A stretch of DNA of 63,543 bases, the filler included, from Nemertoderma westbladi (lineage: Eukaryota > Animalia > Xenacoelomorpha): assembly GCA_032718475.1 (NCBI GenBank). It is 3 parts of 3 records of this genome, joined end to end, with 100 filler letters (N's around TTAATTAATTAA, not from the genome) between each part and the next. Parts side by side here need not be neighbours in the genome. Positions count along the whole stretch, not along the records: positions 1 to 18,448 come from JAUCBJ010003658.1; positions 18,549 to 46,953 come from JAUCBJ010001753.1; 1 more part is not named here. One strand, given 5' to 3'. Under the pieces are notes generated by a model. That model did no database searches. It saw nothing but the letters and a program-made list of their open reading frames with translations, and was not told the origin of the DNA. Each line of letters opens with the position of its first letter. The stretch's first letter is position 1. Positions 13,271 through 27,260 of this stretch are shown piece after piece. The position numbers were made by a program, and so were the translations under genes.

Positions 13271-15521
13271 GTGGTCCGTTAAGGGTGGTCCGTCTGGGTG
13301 TTCGGTTAGGGTGGTTCGTTAAGGGTGGTCCGTTTAGGGTGGTTCGTTAAGGGTGGTCCGTTTGGGGTGGTCCGTTAAGGGTGGTCCGTCTGGGTGGTCC
13401 GTTTAGGGTGGTTCGTTAAGGGTGGTCCGTTAAGGGTGGTCCGTTTGGGGTGGTCCGTTAAGGGTGGTCCGTTTGGGGTGGTTCGTTAAGGGTGGTCCGT
13501 TTAGGGAGGTTCGTTAAGGGTGGTCCGTTTAGGGTGGTCCGTCTGGGTCGTCCGTTAAGGGTGGTCCGTTTGGGGTGGTCCGTTTGGGGTGGTCCGTTAA
13601 GGGTGGTCCGTCTGGGTGGTCCGTTTAGGGTGGTTCGTTAAGGGTGGTCCGTTAAGGGTGGTCCGTTTGGGGTGGTCCGTTAAGGGTGGTCCGTTTGGGG
13701 TTGTTCGTTAAGGGTGGTCCGTTTAGGGAGGTTCGTTAAGGGTGGTTCGTTTAGGGTGGTTCGTTAAGGGTGGTCCGTTAAGGGTGGTCCGTCTGGGTGG
13801 TCCGTTTAGGGTGGTCCGTCTGGGTGGTCCGTCTGGGTGGTCCGTTTAAGGTGGTTCGTTAAGGGTGGTCCGTTAAGGGTGGTCCGTTTGGGGTGGTCCG
13901 TCAAGGGTGGTCCGTCTGGGTGTTCCGTTTGGGGTGGTCCGTTAAGGGTGGTCCGTTTAGGGTGGTTCGTTAAGGGTGGTCCGTTTGGGGTGGTCCGTTA
14001 AGGGTGGTCCGTCTGGGTGGTCCGTTTAGGGTGGTTCGTTAAGGGTGGTCCGTTAAGGGTGGTCCGTCTGGGTGGTCCGTTTAGGGTGGTCCGTCTGGGT
14101 GGTCCGTCTGGGTGGTCCGTTTAAGGTGGTTCGTTAAGGGTGGTCCGTTAAGGGTGGTCCGTCAAGGGTGGTCCGTCAAGGGTGGTCCGTCTGGGTGTTC
14201 CGTTTGGGGTGGTCCGTTAAGGGTAGTTCGTTAAGGGTGGTCCGTTAAGGGTGGTCCGTCTGGGTGGTCCGTTTAGGGTGGTCCGTCTGGGTGGTCCGTC
14301 TGGGTGGTCCGTTTAAGGTGGTTCGTTAAGGGTGGTCCGTTAAGGGTGGTCCGTTTGGGGTGGTCCGTCAAGGGTGGTCCGTCTGGGTGTTCCGTTTGGG
14401 GTGGTCCGTTAAGGGTGGTCCGTTTAGGGTGGTTCGTTAAGGGTGGTCCGTTTGGGGTGGTCCGTTAAGGGTGGTCCGACTGGGTGGTCCTTTCAGGGTG
14501 GTTCGTTAAGGGTGGTCCGTTAAGGGTGGTCCGTCTGGGTGGTCCGTTTAGGGTGGTCCGTCTGGGTGGTCCGTCTGGGTGGTCCGTTTAAGGTGGTTCG
14601 TTAAGGGTGGTCCGTTAAGGGTGGTCCGTTTGGGGTGGTCCGTCAAGGGTGGTCCGTCTGGGTGTTCCGTTTGGGGTGGTCCGTTAAGGGTGGTCCGTTT
14701 AGGGTGGTTCGTTAAGGGTGGTCCGTTTGGGGTGGTCCGTTAAGGGTGGTCCGTCTGGGTGGTCCGTTTAGGGTGGTTCGTTAAGGGTGGTCCGTTAAGG
14801 GTGGTCCGTTTGGAGTGGTCCGTTAAGGGTGGTCCGTTTGGGGTGGTTCGTTAAGGGTGGTCCGTTTAGGGAGGTTCGTTAAGGGTGGTCCGTTTAGGGT
14901 GGTCCGTCTGGGTCGTCCGTTAAGGATGGTCCGTTTGGGGTGGTCCGTTTGGGGTGGTCCGTTAAGGGTGGTCCGTTTGGGGTGGTCCGTTAAGGGTGGT
15001 CCGTTTGGGGTGGTTCATTAAGGGTGGTCCGTTTAGAGAGGTTCGTTAAGGGTGGTCCGTTCGGGGTGGTCCGCCTGGGTGGTCCGTTAGGGGTGGTCCG
15101 TTTGGGGTGGTCCGTTTGGGGTGGTCCGTTTGGGTGGTCCGTTAAGGGTGGTCCGTTTGGGGTGGTTCGTTAAGGGTGGTCCGTTTAGGGAGGTTCGTTA
15201 AGGGTGGTCCGTTTGGGGTGGTCGGTCTGGGTGGTCCGTTAAGGGTGGTCCGTCTTGGTGGTCCGTTTAGGGTGGTTCGTTAAGGGTGGTCCGTTTGGGG
15301 TGGTTCGTTAAGGGTGGTCCGTTAAGGGTGGTCCGTTAAGGGTGGTCCTTTTGGGGTGGTCCGTTAAGGGTGGTCCGTTAAGGGTGGTCCGTTTGGGGTG
15401 GTTCGTTAAGGGTGGTCCGTTTAGGGTGGTCCGTTTAGGGTGGTCCGTTTGGTATGGTCCGTTAAGGGTGGTCCGTTTGGGGTGGTCCGTTTAGGGTGGT
15501 CCGTTTAGGGTGGTCCGTTAA
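13271..15521. repeat. G-rich minisatellite, 13-14-bp unit GGGTGGT(C/T)CGT(TAA/TTA/TTG/CT), roughly 160 copies
   Basis: Read directly from the sequence; starts about 17 nt after the UBA1 stop codon. Confidence 0.97.
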
Positions 15522-15776
15522 CCGCGGCCCAGTGAGGTTGTCCGATAGGACCCATCCATACGATCAATATAAAGTGCTATAAAGAAAGTTTCTCAGTATC
15601 TATTCAATATTATTATTATTCATTTTGGAAACTATTTATTTGTAAACCGGTCAAAAAGGTAGAATGTTTTATAAATTAATTCCCAATATGGTAGTTGATA
15701 CCTACTGACAGATTATTTTGCCATAATTGTTATAATTTATTCGCGTACAGCCATTCCAACAACATTATGTTTCTTG

Positions 15777-16194
15777 TAGTGTTTAAACGCGATCAGACAG
15801 ATCGTGATTTCCGGGGTCGGGATTATCGCACTCGGGATCGGGATTGCAATTGCGAATGAAATCTTAAAGTTTTTAGTATATATTGGCAAAGTTAGTATAA
15901 AACGGGTTTAAGGCAAAATTATATAACTTTATTTCACTTCGCAGAAATATTAGTTAGATAAAATTATTATTAAAATAGATAGTTGATTACTGGATGGTTT
16001 ATTGACATATCAATTCGATATAATCAAAATATTTTCGTCGTAGTACAACAACTATTCATGGGATGTTCAAGAAATGACTTCACTATATATTTATACTTCG
16101 GATTCCCGTTCCAAAAAAGTGGGGATCGTGACCGGGATCGCAATTTTTTGCTGGGATCCCGGTATTTCGGGATCGGGATCCCGTTTAAACACTA
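15777..16194. mobile_element. hAT-type MITE
   Basis: TIRs TAGTGTTTAAACG / CGTTTAAACACTA; subterminal CGGGAT repeats; degenerate 8-bp TSD gtttcttg / gtttttag. Confidence 0.7.
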
Positions 16195-16921
16195 GTTTTT
16201 AGCATCACAGCTACCTGCTTGGTTTCTTTTCTGCACCTCCAGAGACCCTCCAGTTATTAAGCGTAAAGCCAACATTTCGGATAAAATTAAAATCATTCAA
16301 ACCAAATGAAATACAACACTTAAACTTGTAATATAATTATAGCTTATTAATTATAAATACTAAACAATTATCGTATTTAAGATATTAATATTAAACCAAC
16401 AGGTTTTAACATTTATCTTTCGTTGTTATTACCAATTACAATATAACCTTTCGGCTCTGCTCTGTGTTAACTGATCTTCTGAATGTATCATATATTCTTC
16501 AATAATTGAGAATAGCTCTTGTGCTATTATCCTAATTTATTCTTCAATAGTAAATTTGCATTTTTCAAGTAAGACAAACAAACTGTTGATTAATCTTACC
16601 CTTTTTATAAACCTACTAATTTATCCCAACGGTACACACTTTGTTCCGGTACATTTAACTTCGGTTTTTCTTTCGTCTTTGTGCGATTTATCGTAACTAT
16701 TGTAGAAATAGAGAAATAATATAATTAAAATCGTCTTGTTGCTTTGCCGTATTAATTTTTTGCTGTAACGGCTCATGACTGCTGCTATGCTGACATTCCT
16801 GATGAATGACATTATAGACTTACCAAGTACATTATACGACATTTTTTTGCTACGGGTTTATTCCGGGTTGATGATTATTTTCATATCAGGTTGATATATA
16901 ACTAACATTGGCCGCATTGAA

Positions 16922-17515
16922 TGGGCTTTCCGGGATTTGGAAGTCACACACAATACGTCGGAAACTTAAGGTCCGATCATTTAGAGCAGCAGTAGTTCCA
17001 GTACTCATCTAAGGGAGTCCATGCTGGGCTCTAACTGCTGAGGACACCAAATCTCTGGATGGCATATTCACAAGAATGCTACGTCGGGTTAACTGTGTCA
17101 AGTACAATGCACACATCTCCAACCAGACACTATATAACATTGGAAGTGTCTCATTGGTTCCACCAGGCTTGACACTAGAATAGAGCCGCCTCCGCTTTAC
17201 AGGACATTGTTTTCACCGTGAGGACCAGCCTGTGCGCAATCTTGTGCTTTGGGTGGACAGCCCCTGGCTTTCTTGAGACGCATCTTAAAGGACACTGGCC
17301 TTGAAGATGCGGATAATCTCGCGAAAGTCATGGGGGATAGGGAGTTGTGGCGGTGCAACTTTCTTGATAAGCCGGCATAGCATTCTTAATACACGCTGCA
17401 TTAGAGTTTGCCAATTGTGGATTGCATGGTGGTGACAAAAATATTTTTGAGTCAGCATAGTATGTCAGTGTGCAGTTTCAATGCAGCAGGCCGATTATAG
17501 TAGTAGTAGTAGTAG
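16922..17515 (+). mobile_element. 3' fragment of the same RTE-like LINE family
   Basis: Clearly similar to 4820-5310 and ends in (TAG)n. Confidence 0.85.
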
Positions 17516-18448
17516 AATTGCGAAATTGCACCCGTCGAATCGCCGCCATTCTTCACATTAGCATCGGGATTGTGTACATATCATTAGAAAGCTTGCTTAA
17601 AAACACAATTTCTGAATTTCGTGAAGAGAAACAGATGAGATAATAATATGAGTCCAAAAATTGCAAGAATAATCGTTCACTGGATTTTGCTTATTCTATT
17701 TTAATAAATACACAAAGTTCTGTAACATCAGTGATCATCGTGGATGTTCCACACACTGTAAATGAGTCTGTATAGTGTCTCCATATCTATATGTCCAATT
17801 GGAAACGAATAAGTTTGAGGCCCCTTTACAAATGCGAATCTAATTGAATAATCGAGCCGACCCTCAAAAGCTACATTGTGATTCATTTTTTAGCTTTTTT
17901 TTTCAAACGAATTGTTTTTTTCGGTAGAAGGTGTTTTCAACTTACTCAGTTTTACATTTATTCTGGTCTATAATTAGCAACGTTGTAGAAAGCGAATTCT
18001 TTTATTGATCGATAAATTATGTAATGTTTACGACCCATTAAGGTAGAGTACATTAGCCGATGTCCGCTCTTTAAACCGATAAACAGACGGCTGATACTTT
18101 TATTTACGACGTCGCGAAGCTAGTTGTTGGACAGCGGCAGAGTTTTCAAGCACAAAGTTTTCTATTTAAATTAACTCAATAATAGCACATTTTTAACGTT
18201 ATATCTTTTGGAATAAAAAACGCCCAATTTTCGCTCAATTCATTTAGCTAAAGTAAAGATTATTATTGAGTGCAATATTTGTGCTAACAGTCATCCAAGC
18301 AATCAGTCAATTTTTAGGAATAAAATTAGTTAATACCGCAGAATAATAAAATGCTTTATATCCCTTGTGACCCATTGATCATGACGTACATAATTTGTAT
18401 ATTTATCGCCCAGCACACCATATGCGGCATATGGCAATGTTTAAATTT

Positions 18449-18548
18449 NNNNNNNNNNNNNNNNNNNNNNNNNNNNNNNNNNNNNNNNNNNNTTAATTAA
18501 TTAANNNNNNNNNNNNNNNNNNNNNNNNNNNNNNNNNNNNNNNNNNNN
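18449..18548. other. Artificial scaffold spacer (Ns with central TTAATTAATTAA)
   Basis: 100-bp N run containing an all-frame stop linker; identical design at 46954-47053. Confidence 0.95.
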
Positions 18549-18745
18549 CAAATAAACGATTAATATCCCTGCTGAGTATAATTCCTGTGAACAAATAAAC
18601 GATTAATATCCCTGCTGAGTATAATTCCTGTTAACAAATAAACGATTAATATCCCTGCTGAGTATAATTCCTGTGAACAAATAAACGATTAATATCCCTG
18701 CTGAGTTTAATTAATTTGAACAAATAACGATTAATATCCCTGTGC
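18549..18745. repeat. 43-bp tandem repeat abutting the gap
   Basis: caaataaacgattaatatccctgctgagtataattcctgtgaa, 4-5 copies; probably continues into the gap. Confidence 0.85.
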
Positions 18746-19604
18746 AATAATTTTTTGCAAAATTTTCCTATATTTTCATCTATCTCATCAAGAGTCGATT
18801 TTTATCAAGATTCCAAATTTGAAAACCATTTAGCAAGATCTGTCTTACTTCTCGATATATGGCTGTCTGTCCATTTTACTGTCGGTTTGTCCGTCAGTAT
18901 GTCTGTCCGTCAATAAAAAGCATGCTATCTGTCTAAAAAATTCCCTGTATGGGTTTTCGTGTTCGGTGACTTCATTTCTAATGTTATTAATAAATTTGGC
19001 CTTGTCGGTTCTGTCTGTATGCCTGTCAGTCTGCCTGTCAAAATATAACCAACAGTCTGACAGCCAAACAGACAATTTGGAAGTCATCAAATGTTAAAAT
19101 TGACACTCGAAATGAATTCTGCGACCAGGAAAACCCCTATAGCTAAACTTTTAGGTAGATGGTGTGCCTTTTTCTTATATTTGACAGACAGATAGTCAGA
19201 AAGACCGACAGTTCCTGTTACCCCCCATATTGGATATTATTTGCAGGATATATGCGATAGTGAATAGATAAAGTAGATATGAAAAATAGATATTTTTATA
19301 TACGATATAATTAACAATATATTTTATTGTAACAGGAATGGGGGCGGGGGGGGGGGGGGGGGTGGGACGTTTCAGGCCGCTGATCCATCAGCGAACTGTT
19401 ATAAAATTATACTCGGTCCGTGTTCAAAATGTCTGGTGTGGATATGTGCTATTGTCAGAAGCAAATTATTATTAAGTAAATACAGTAGTGTTAAAGCTTT
19501 TGCGGCAAAAATGTATCGTTTTTGTGTCAAGTTTTTGTTTATTTTGGTATAGAGCTCTAGTGATGAAATTACCAGCCATTGGTCAGTATTTTCTTTGTCC
19601 CGTG

Positions 19605-20801
19605 TGTAAAAGCTTTTGCGGATATAACCAGTCATTTTCTCCGCAATGTACCGTGTAGGTGCTTTTAGCGGACATAACAAGCCATTTTTACCCGTTATGT
19701 CTGTATGTGTGCTTTAGCGGACATAACTAGCCATTCTGCCGCAATTCGCTTAATACTCTAAAAGATGACTCAGATGACGCAATCTGTCAGCTGATTTACT
19801 GCCAACGCGGAACCTGAATCTCTCTTTGTTCTTTGTTCGGCTCAGCCAATCAGAGCGATTTTCACTTTGTGTTGGACAGTGCCTACAGAAACCCACGCAA
19901 TTCAGTCAGTGTGTATCTTTCTAAGCCCAGAACACCGGCTTAGGATTCTTCTGTACTTCTGTGGAAGTTTCAGACTTTGACCTAAACATCAGAAACATCA
20001 GATGGCTTTGATTAAAAGAACGTAAAACTATTAACGCAATTCAACTACTGAATCATTGCTGAATCATACTTCATATCTGAATCGCCACACCGCGGCACTA
20101 CGCAACGCGATTCAACTACACATACTGACTGTTCACCGCATTATTTGATTCTGTTATTAATTGGTGTTACGTGTTATGTTGGTATATATTTCTGATATAT
20201 TTGGAGAATACCGATGAATAATCATAAAACCCTCAATCTCTTTGATTACTAAAGGTTAGAGGAACAGGTTTACCGGTAGCAACTGCGACTTACATTATAG
20301 TGGTTTTTGTGTGAATTGAATGCTATTTCATAATCCCTACATGTGTCAGTTGCGATCCTCCTTATATATGATCAAATTCAGTGACGGTCGGCAGATCAGT
20401 GCGCAGTAGTGTGAACTAGTCGTGTGAAGTAGTGTGAAGGTTAATAAAGCATCTCCTAAAGAATGCGCTTTTTACGAAACTCAGTAGCCATCCAGTTGTG
20501 ATTAGTATAAGTCATAACTCTGTTTTATACTTAAAGCGCCACGTCCTAAAGGAACTGTTAATATTTCCCCGAAAGTAAATATATTGTCAGAGATTATATA
20601 TTAACGATCAATCGAATAATACAGTAGGTCTACACTGCAATCACTATCAAAGCATCCGAATCCAGTCTCCCTTAACTGTGGGTGAATGGTCGCGCACAGG
20701 CTGGCTTCGGCTGATGTACCTTCAGTACATTAAATAATTGATATACAAAAAGACACCTAAAATTGGCAGGTTAAACTGCTAAAGGTCTAAAAGCGCGAAC
20801 A
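19605..20801 (+). mobile_element. 5' LTR of a BEL/Pao element
   Basis: TGTAAAAGC...GCGAACA, preceded by CCGTG (19600-19604); near-identical to 29326-30518. Confidence 0.85.
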
Positions 20802-22735
20802 TTAATAGTTTTAAAACTCTTGATTGCACGTAGGCAATAAATTCGAATGTACCGGTCGGACGGTAACCTGTAGGCCTAACTACCTAACCACCGGAACCGG
20901 TACTTGCGGGTACCAGTATTAGTTCGATTGTGATATATTGTATATTGTAGGCTGTTAGGGGATTAGGGATTGATCACCCCTTATTCCTTTGTATGGTTTA
21001 CTTGTTTCTGTCAGTTTTATTTATCTGTAAGTGTAATATTGAGCAGAACTGCAGAAGGCGTGTAAGCCTGCTCAGATTGTACAAGATAATTTGTAGGCTG
21101 GATTGTTGTCTGGCTGTTGTTAGGTCTCCGAAGAGATTGCAGTGTGTGTAGAGTGTATGTCCGATAAAGTGCTAGTTAGGAAGGTGGGGGCATCCAGTGT
21201 TGTAAGGTAAATCCCCTCCGAAAGAATAAGTCGTACTACTCGGTTAGAACGCATACTAACTAACCATTTCGGAGTCTGCATATACTGTAGTTTATTTAGG
21301 CTTGATAGTAGTCTGCCAGCATTTGGTTTGTATTTTGTTTGTGTAGTCTGTACGGGTAGCGTAATATTTATTATTCAGAGTTTATGCGATTATTCGCAAC
21401 ATACACAACCCCAAGTTTATTCCTACAGTAATTGTGCTTGTTATACATACCGTTATAGTTAAATTAACCCCGGTACTACATCAGGGCTGTTTGGCGTAGG
21501 TAAAGACTGGTGATTTTATGCTCTAGTCACTCCAGCAGATACCGTGGTTCTTTTGGCTGTACAAGTATATTTAACTGCTGGTTATTTGTTTTATAAGTAC
21601 TTGTACCTAATTTAGGGTTTAGTGTACAGTGCTTTCCGAAGGTAATTAGTTTGTAGGCAGTATATTTGTGTTGTAAAGTGGTTAATAGGCACGTTAGCTA
21701 TAGTTGGCTGCGGTAATTAACTTCTAGGTAGGGACATTCCGGGTACATAACGTAGTACTTATAGAGCTGTAAAGCTAGAGACTATAAGTCATCAGACGGT
21801 GGTATTTTCTTATCTAAACAACGCAATATATTTACTACTGCTTTATTATTTTCAAGTACCGTAGTTTCCTGTCCGTTTGTAATAACCAGAAAACTCTAAC
21901 CCTTTGTTAGGCTGGTTTGTAGATTTCCTGTAAAATTTCCTGTAAAATTACCCTAAAATCTGTACGTGTAATTTTTTTTGTGTGTTTATTTAGAGATTGT
22001 AATCTCACCCTGCAATTGTACGTAATTTGTAGTAATAAGTAACTTAGAACTTAGAATTATTTGTTTTAGTGTCCAATAAGTAGCACTCCACTGAGAGCAT
22101 TCAGCTTCTGTGAAGTGACTCCTTACCTAGAAATAATAACATTTATTTCAAATATTGTAACAAAACCCATTAAACGGGTATATATATATTATAAATCAAC
22201 TCAAACCGATTTATAAAATAGTAGGCCTGTCATCCATCAATTAGGTCTTAATATCAGTTGGACTACTGCTTAAATAACAGTAATAAAGTAAAGGAAAGTA
22301 ATCCTAAAATTCAGAAATTCAGTTATTATGAAATAATTGACATTACCGGTATTTATAGTAGGCTTATTATATTTATTTATATAAATTTATGCTGAAATTA
22401 TATACCGGTATTCTGTAATTAATTCTAGTCTATAATTATACTTATATATACTATAAGTGTAAGCTGTATACCGGTATTCATGGTAGGCTTATTATATATT
22501 TATATATATTTATGCTGAAATTATATATACCGGTATTCTGTGATAAACCCTAGTCTGTAATAATACTTATATATATACTATAAGTGTATACCGGTATTCT
22601 AATATATTATATGTATATCACGTTACACTGAGTAACGGTATCGGTAATTAATTACTAGGCTTATAGTTGATACTGAATTACTAGACTTGCTTTAACTGTC
22701 ATTATAGTAGTAGGCATTCAACTGTAAATTAAATC

Positions 22736-25700
22736 ATGTCTGACACACAACAAACACTGTCAGATAGTCTCTTAGAAAGTGTTAGAATGAGTGTTAGACA
22801 GTGTCTTAAAAAGATCTGTGACCAAGATCAAGGTATAGAACATCCCAGACCAAAGTCCAAGTCCCCTCCTACTGTAAGAAGGGTCATCCCTCCAGTAGTA
22901 GTATCAGACCCTAGGCTAGTAAAGCACCATAGGTCTATTATAGGCACTCGGGCTCAAGTTAAGCGGGACCAAGAAGCAGCTGTTAAACAGCAGCCGCACC
23001 CGAAACGAGAACTTATTTCTCAACAGCCAGATAGCTCCAGTAGTTCAGATACTGTAGAGTTGACACCCGAGATCGGAGCAAGGATGACAGAAGCGGTTTA
23101 TCCAGATCCACTTCTAATTCTTCCTGGAGCCGTACTCGCTAGAGTATTGATCGCTGTGGAAGAACATCCAATCGATTGGGCGAGAAGTAAGCGATCGACC
23201 AGGGACAGTTATGCGGGATACACGATGGAGGAACTGAAGTCTATTATCGAGACGCAATGGAACTTCCCCGGACCCGGACTCCCGTTTAAATTATCGGAAG
23301 CTGCCTGGGAAGACTTATACAGGATGGGAGTAGTAAGAGACACTCAAGATCCAGCTGTGTGGAAGAGGTCGGCAGCAGAATACATCCAGGGATTCTTCAG
23401 CTCTTTGGAGCGCTTAGAGGAACACCTGTTTCAACAACGTCAAAGACCTCAAGAGCAGGAAGAGCTGCTTTATCAAGTTCGAGAACGAATCTTAAGGATC
23501 AGACTAATCCTTTCAGCCTTTGAGGAAGCCTCGAAGAGAAGCCAAGACACGTCGTTGCAGGTTGCCGTAAAGACTTGGTTCCAGCGGGTGGGTCTCAAAG
23601 TTCAAGGAACGGCCCAGTGGAAAATTCAGCTGGCTGAGCGCTCAACCCACGGAGAATCAATAGACGCTACCTTTTCTCAAGTGGAAAGCGAAGCGACATT
23701 GGAGAAACCTCAGAAGAAGGACGCTATTGACATCTATCTGTCGGACTATCAACGATTTATAGGTGACAAAGAGTTGAGGAGACGGCTGGCTGGACTTCAC
23801 CCTACTAGTGAAGGAGCCACATTTGTGTTAGACGCATTAGATGCGGAAATGTTAGTCGCAGAGCAGGCTAAATTTGATGAAAGCATCCTCCTCGCTAGGG
23901 AACAGGAAGAACAATTAAAGAAAAAACGGATAGAAGACAGAAAGGTAGCAGCAGTGGCAGCGGCAGAAGTTCAAAGAAAGACGGCAGCTGCAACGGCAGA
24001 GGCAGAGGCTGAAAGAAAAGCGGCAGCGGCAGCGGCAGCGGCAGAGGCAGCTGAAAGAAAGGTAGCAGCGGCAGAAGCGGAAAGAAAGGTGGCAGAGGCA
24101 GTGGTAGAAGCAGAGCGGAAAGCATCTGAAGAGACAATCCAACTAGAGTTGGAAAATCTTCAAGAGAAGCAAGATTGTTTCAATAAACAAAGAACAGCTA
24201 AGTATATGCAGATGATAAGTCGATCTACTCCCAAGAGACAGGGATTTACATCATCTGATGAAGGCGATACAACAGATCCTGAAGGCGGAGGAAATAGATC
24301 TCGTTCCAGCAGACGTAGAAGAACGCCTCACCATCAGAAATTGCCTAATTTGCCCCCAGCTGTGAGAAGGCAACTAGCTAGTGCAGACTTAGGTAGTACA
24401 GAACCCACAGACCAAATTATTAGAGTAGAAAGACTCCCTACTATAGTAGATGAGCCTGAAATAATTAGGCCTGTTCTCGAAGCCACCCCTTCTGTGATAG
24501 AGACCCCTGTACTTCCAGAACCTAACTCTAAATTCCCTTTGCACAGTACTAAACTACCTGTAACCAGTAGGACTGTTCCAGAGTCAATTCCAGTCCTGGA
24601 CGCCGAGCGAGACATTAACGAATTATCGCCCGTCGTCCCTCGTCTACCCGCTACTATGTTGGCGGCTCCCGCTTCGGCGGTAGAGTGGGTGGATGAGCGA
24701 CGGCGGGGGATGGATATTCTCCTCGGGCAGATGGAGGAGAATCAGGCACGCTCCTCCCAGCAGGTCCGAGAGTTGGAGGGGACTGTTCAACAGATCAAGG
24801 GAACAGTAAGGGAAAGTAGGTTAGAGTTGCAAGAAGTGCAGCAGAGTATCGCGTTAGAACGCGATAAATTAGTAAACACACAAAGGGGTATACCACCACC
24901 CCCTGTAACAATGTGTCAACCTGTTAGGTCTGAAGTATTTCATGCGCAAGGTGTGGAGCCTACACGCATCTATACTGCTAGTGAAGTAGAAACTCCTATA
25001 GTAAACCCTATTAAGGGTAATTATAAACCTGTTGACAGTGATATTCCATATAGACCTGATCATAATCCTGGAAATTTATATACCAATAACTCGATATTAA
25101 ATAACACGATGGCCCAAGAAAGTTTTACGCTTCAAATGGCTAGAACCGAAGCCCGTCAAGCGGTAAAAGTGGGAGAGATCGTCAAGTTCAATGGAGATGA
25201 GATGAAATGGTTACCTTTTAATGAATATTACAAAGATAACATATAGAACTCTGTACTATCTAACAGAGAGAAACTTAGATTCCTCATCGAGTGTTTGGAA
25301 GGACCTCCCAAGTTAATGGCGTTAAAGTTTATTGGACATCCAGATGGATTAAGACAAGTTTGGGATACACTAAACATCAGGTATGGTAATAGGACAAACA
25401 TAGCTAGGTATTTGTATGCAAAATTGGTAGCACCCCGAAAGTTCCTTAGCAGCGGGATTATAGAGTTTTCCGATGAGATTCAGGAGATCTGTAGACAACT
25501 AGATTGGTTAGGTAAGTCTCATGAATACCAGAATTCTATGGTTGTAGGAGCCTTAGCATCAGCTTTGCCAAAGGGTGAAGTAGGTACTCGCTGGGACAAA
25601 AAGGTTCTCTATTTGATGGACCAACAACATAGAGATCCAACCATGACGGACCTTCTGTCATTCTTAAACCGAGAGGTAAGATTACAACTCCTAAAACAGT

Positions 25701-27260
25701 CTAGAGAGAAAACTCCTGAAAGTGAGGTAAGTGAAAATCCCGTTTCTAGGAGAAAGGTAACACCAGTGTGTTATACAGACGACGGCAAAGACCAAACCTC
25801 CCACGAGGAGAACAGCGGGAAAGACACCGAAAGATCTTATTATGTCAACAAAGTACCTAAAGACGTAAGTAAATTTAAGTCTCGAACCAGTGACAGGAGA
25901 GAACAGGTAACAACAACTTCTCCTACGTCTCCTAAAAGAATTCATGGAAGAAAGCCCGAGGAAAGAACAAGTGTGCACCACACAGCACAGGTTAAAGTAA
26001 GTAACATCAAGCCCAAATGTGTATTGTGTGACGGGCCCCATCGCTTGAGTGGGTGTGATGAATTCTTAAAGAAATCCCTAAAGGATAGACATGATGTCAT
26101 GTGGGATAAGCGGTTGTGTTATAATTGTCTCAGATGAGGACACCAATGGCGGACCTGTTACTCAGATGCTAGGTGTGCTAAGTGCGGCGCGAAACATCAT
26201 ATCTTGCTGCACACAGAATTTGAAAGAACCCGCACGAGTCAGGTAAGTGAGCCCGAACTACATGTCCAATTCAGTGATGTGAACGACACTGACCACAGCT
26301 CTGAGATGGAAGGATTCTACACAGACGAATTCTCCGATGAAAATGAATCCTGTTATATGACAAACACCGCGGTGTATCGAGCGCTTACGTATGAGACTGA
26401 AACCGATAGCGAGCTTCCCCTAACTATTCCGGACCGACAACCATCTTGGAGAGTGCCAACTTCCAACGTAGGAATCCGGGAATTTCCCGTAGTGCAGTTG
26501 AGAGTCCACGGGTTAAAAAAGAGCTATATAGTGAACGCCCTCCTTGACTCCGGCAGCACAGGAACATTCATCGACAAAGAACTAGCCGAAGACTTCTTTG
26601 CTGGACAACCCAAGTTCCGAACTAAGTTGAACCTTTCAGGAATTATGCAGGTTTGGAAATCTACAGTAGCTACAGACTACTATGTAGGCGCGTTGTCCAC
26701 CCCCCAGGATGAACTAGGAGAACACAGTATAAGGTCAGTAAAAATGGTGGAGATAAAGAACTTTGCTACCAGCCAAGGGGAACCTTATAACTGGGATGAA
26801 GACGATTTCACCCAGCAGCATGAGATACCTAGATTCAACACCGACTACCCAGGGGTACAGATACTCATCGGCCAAAATGCGCATGAGGCGCTTGAGACAT
26901 TAGAGAAACGGCCTGCTCGACCGCAACCATTGCAAACCTATGCGGGAAGAACAAGAGTAGGTTGGTACTTCACTGGACCTTCCCGTAGGACGCTCATGGA
27001 AAGGCTACCCAAAGATCAGGTCCATCGGGTGAGTGAATGGGAAGAAGACATCAGTGAGGGAGAGACAATCACAACTGAGGGAACACCATACTCCTCAGAT
27101 AATGACGATATTAACTCTAATGTAGATCAATGGAGACATTGCCTTGGGACGATTAATCCAGCCGACATCGCTTCCAGAGGAGCAACTCCTCAAGAACTGA
27201 TAGATACTCCAGACTGCCGGGTGGGCCCGACTTCCTAAGTAAAGAAGAGGATGAATGGCC
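22736..27260 (+). pseudogene. BEL/Pao gag-protease reading frame with two in-frame stops, joined to a C-terminal RNase H remnant
   Basis: One frame across stops at 25244 and 26135. Contains Pao gag core (FNGDEMKWLPF...EKLRFLIECLEG...WDTLNIRYGN), three Zn knuckles (CVLC..H..C, CYNC..GH..C, CAKC..HH..LLH), protease ALLDSGS with TRVGWYFTGP, then QWRH...NPADIASRG. No RT or integrase seen. Confidence 0.88.

Noticed and set aside
13271-15521. Interstitial telomere
   Set aside because: TTAGGG occurs only as part of some 14-bp units and never in tandem.
16200-16850. Possible - strand coding remnant
   Set aside because: Short open stretches only, with no recognisable motif or consistent splice structure.
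18493-18504. TTAATTAATTAA as a biological motif (also 46998-47009)
   Set aside because: Centred in identical 100-bp N spacers, so it is an assembly linker. Adjacency across the gaps is unproven.
19089-20801. The whole 1.7-kb direct repeat as the true LTR
   Set aside because: No TSD at those ends; the CCGTG TSD and the PPT place the LTR start at 19605.
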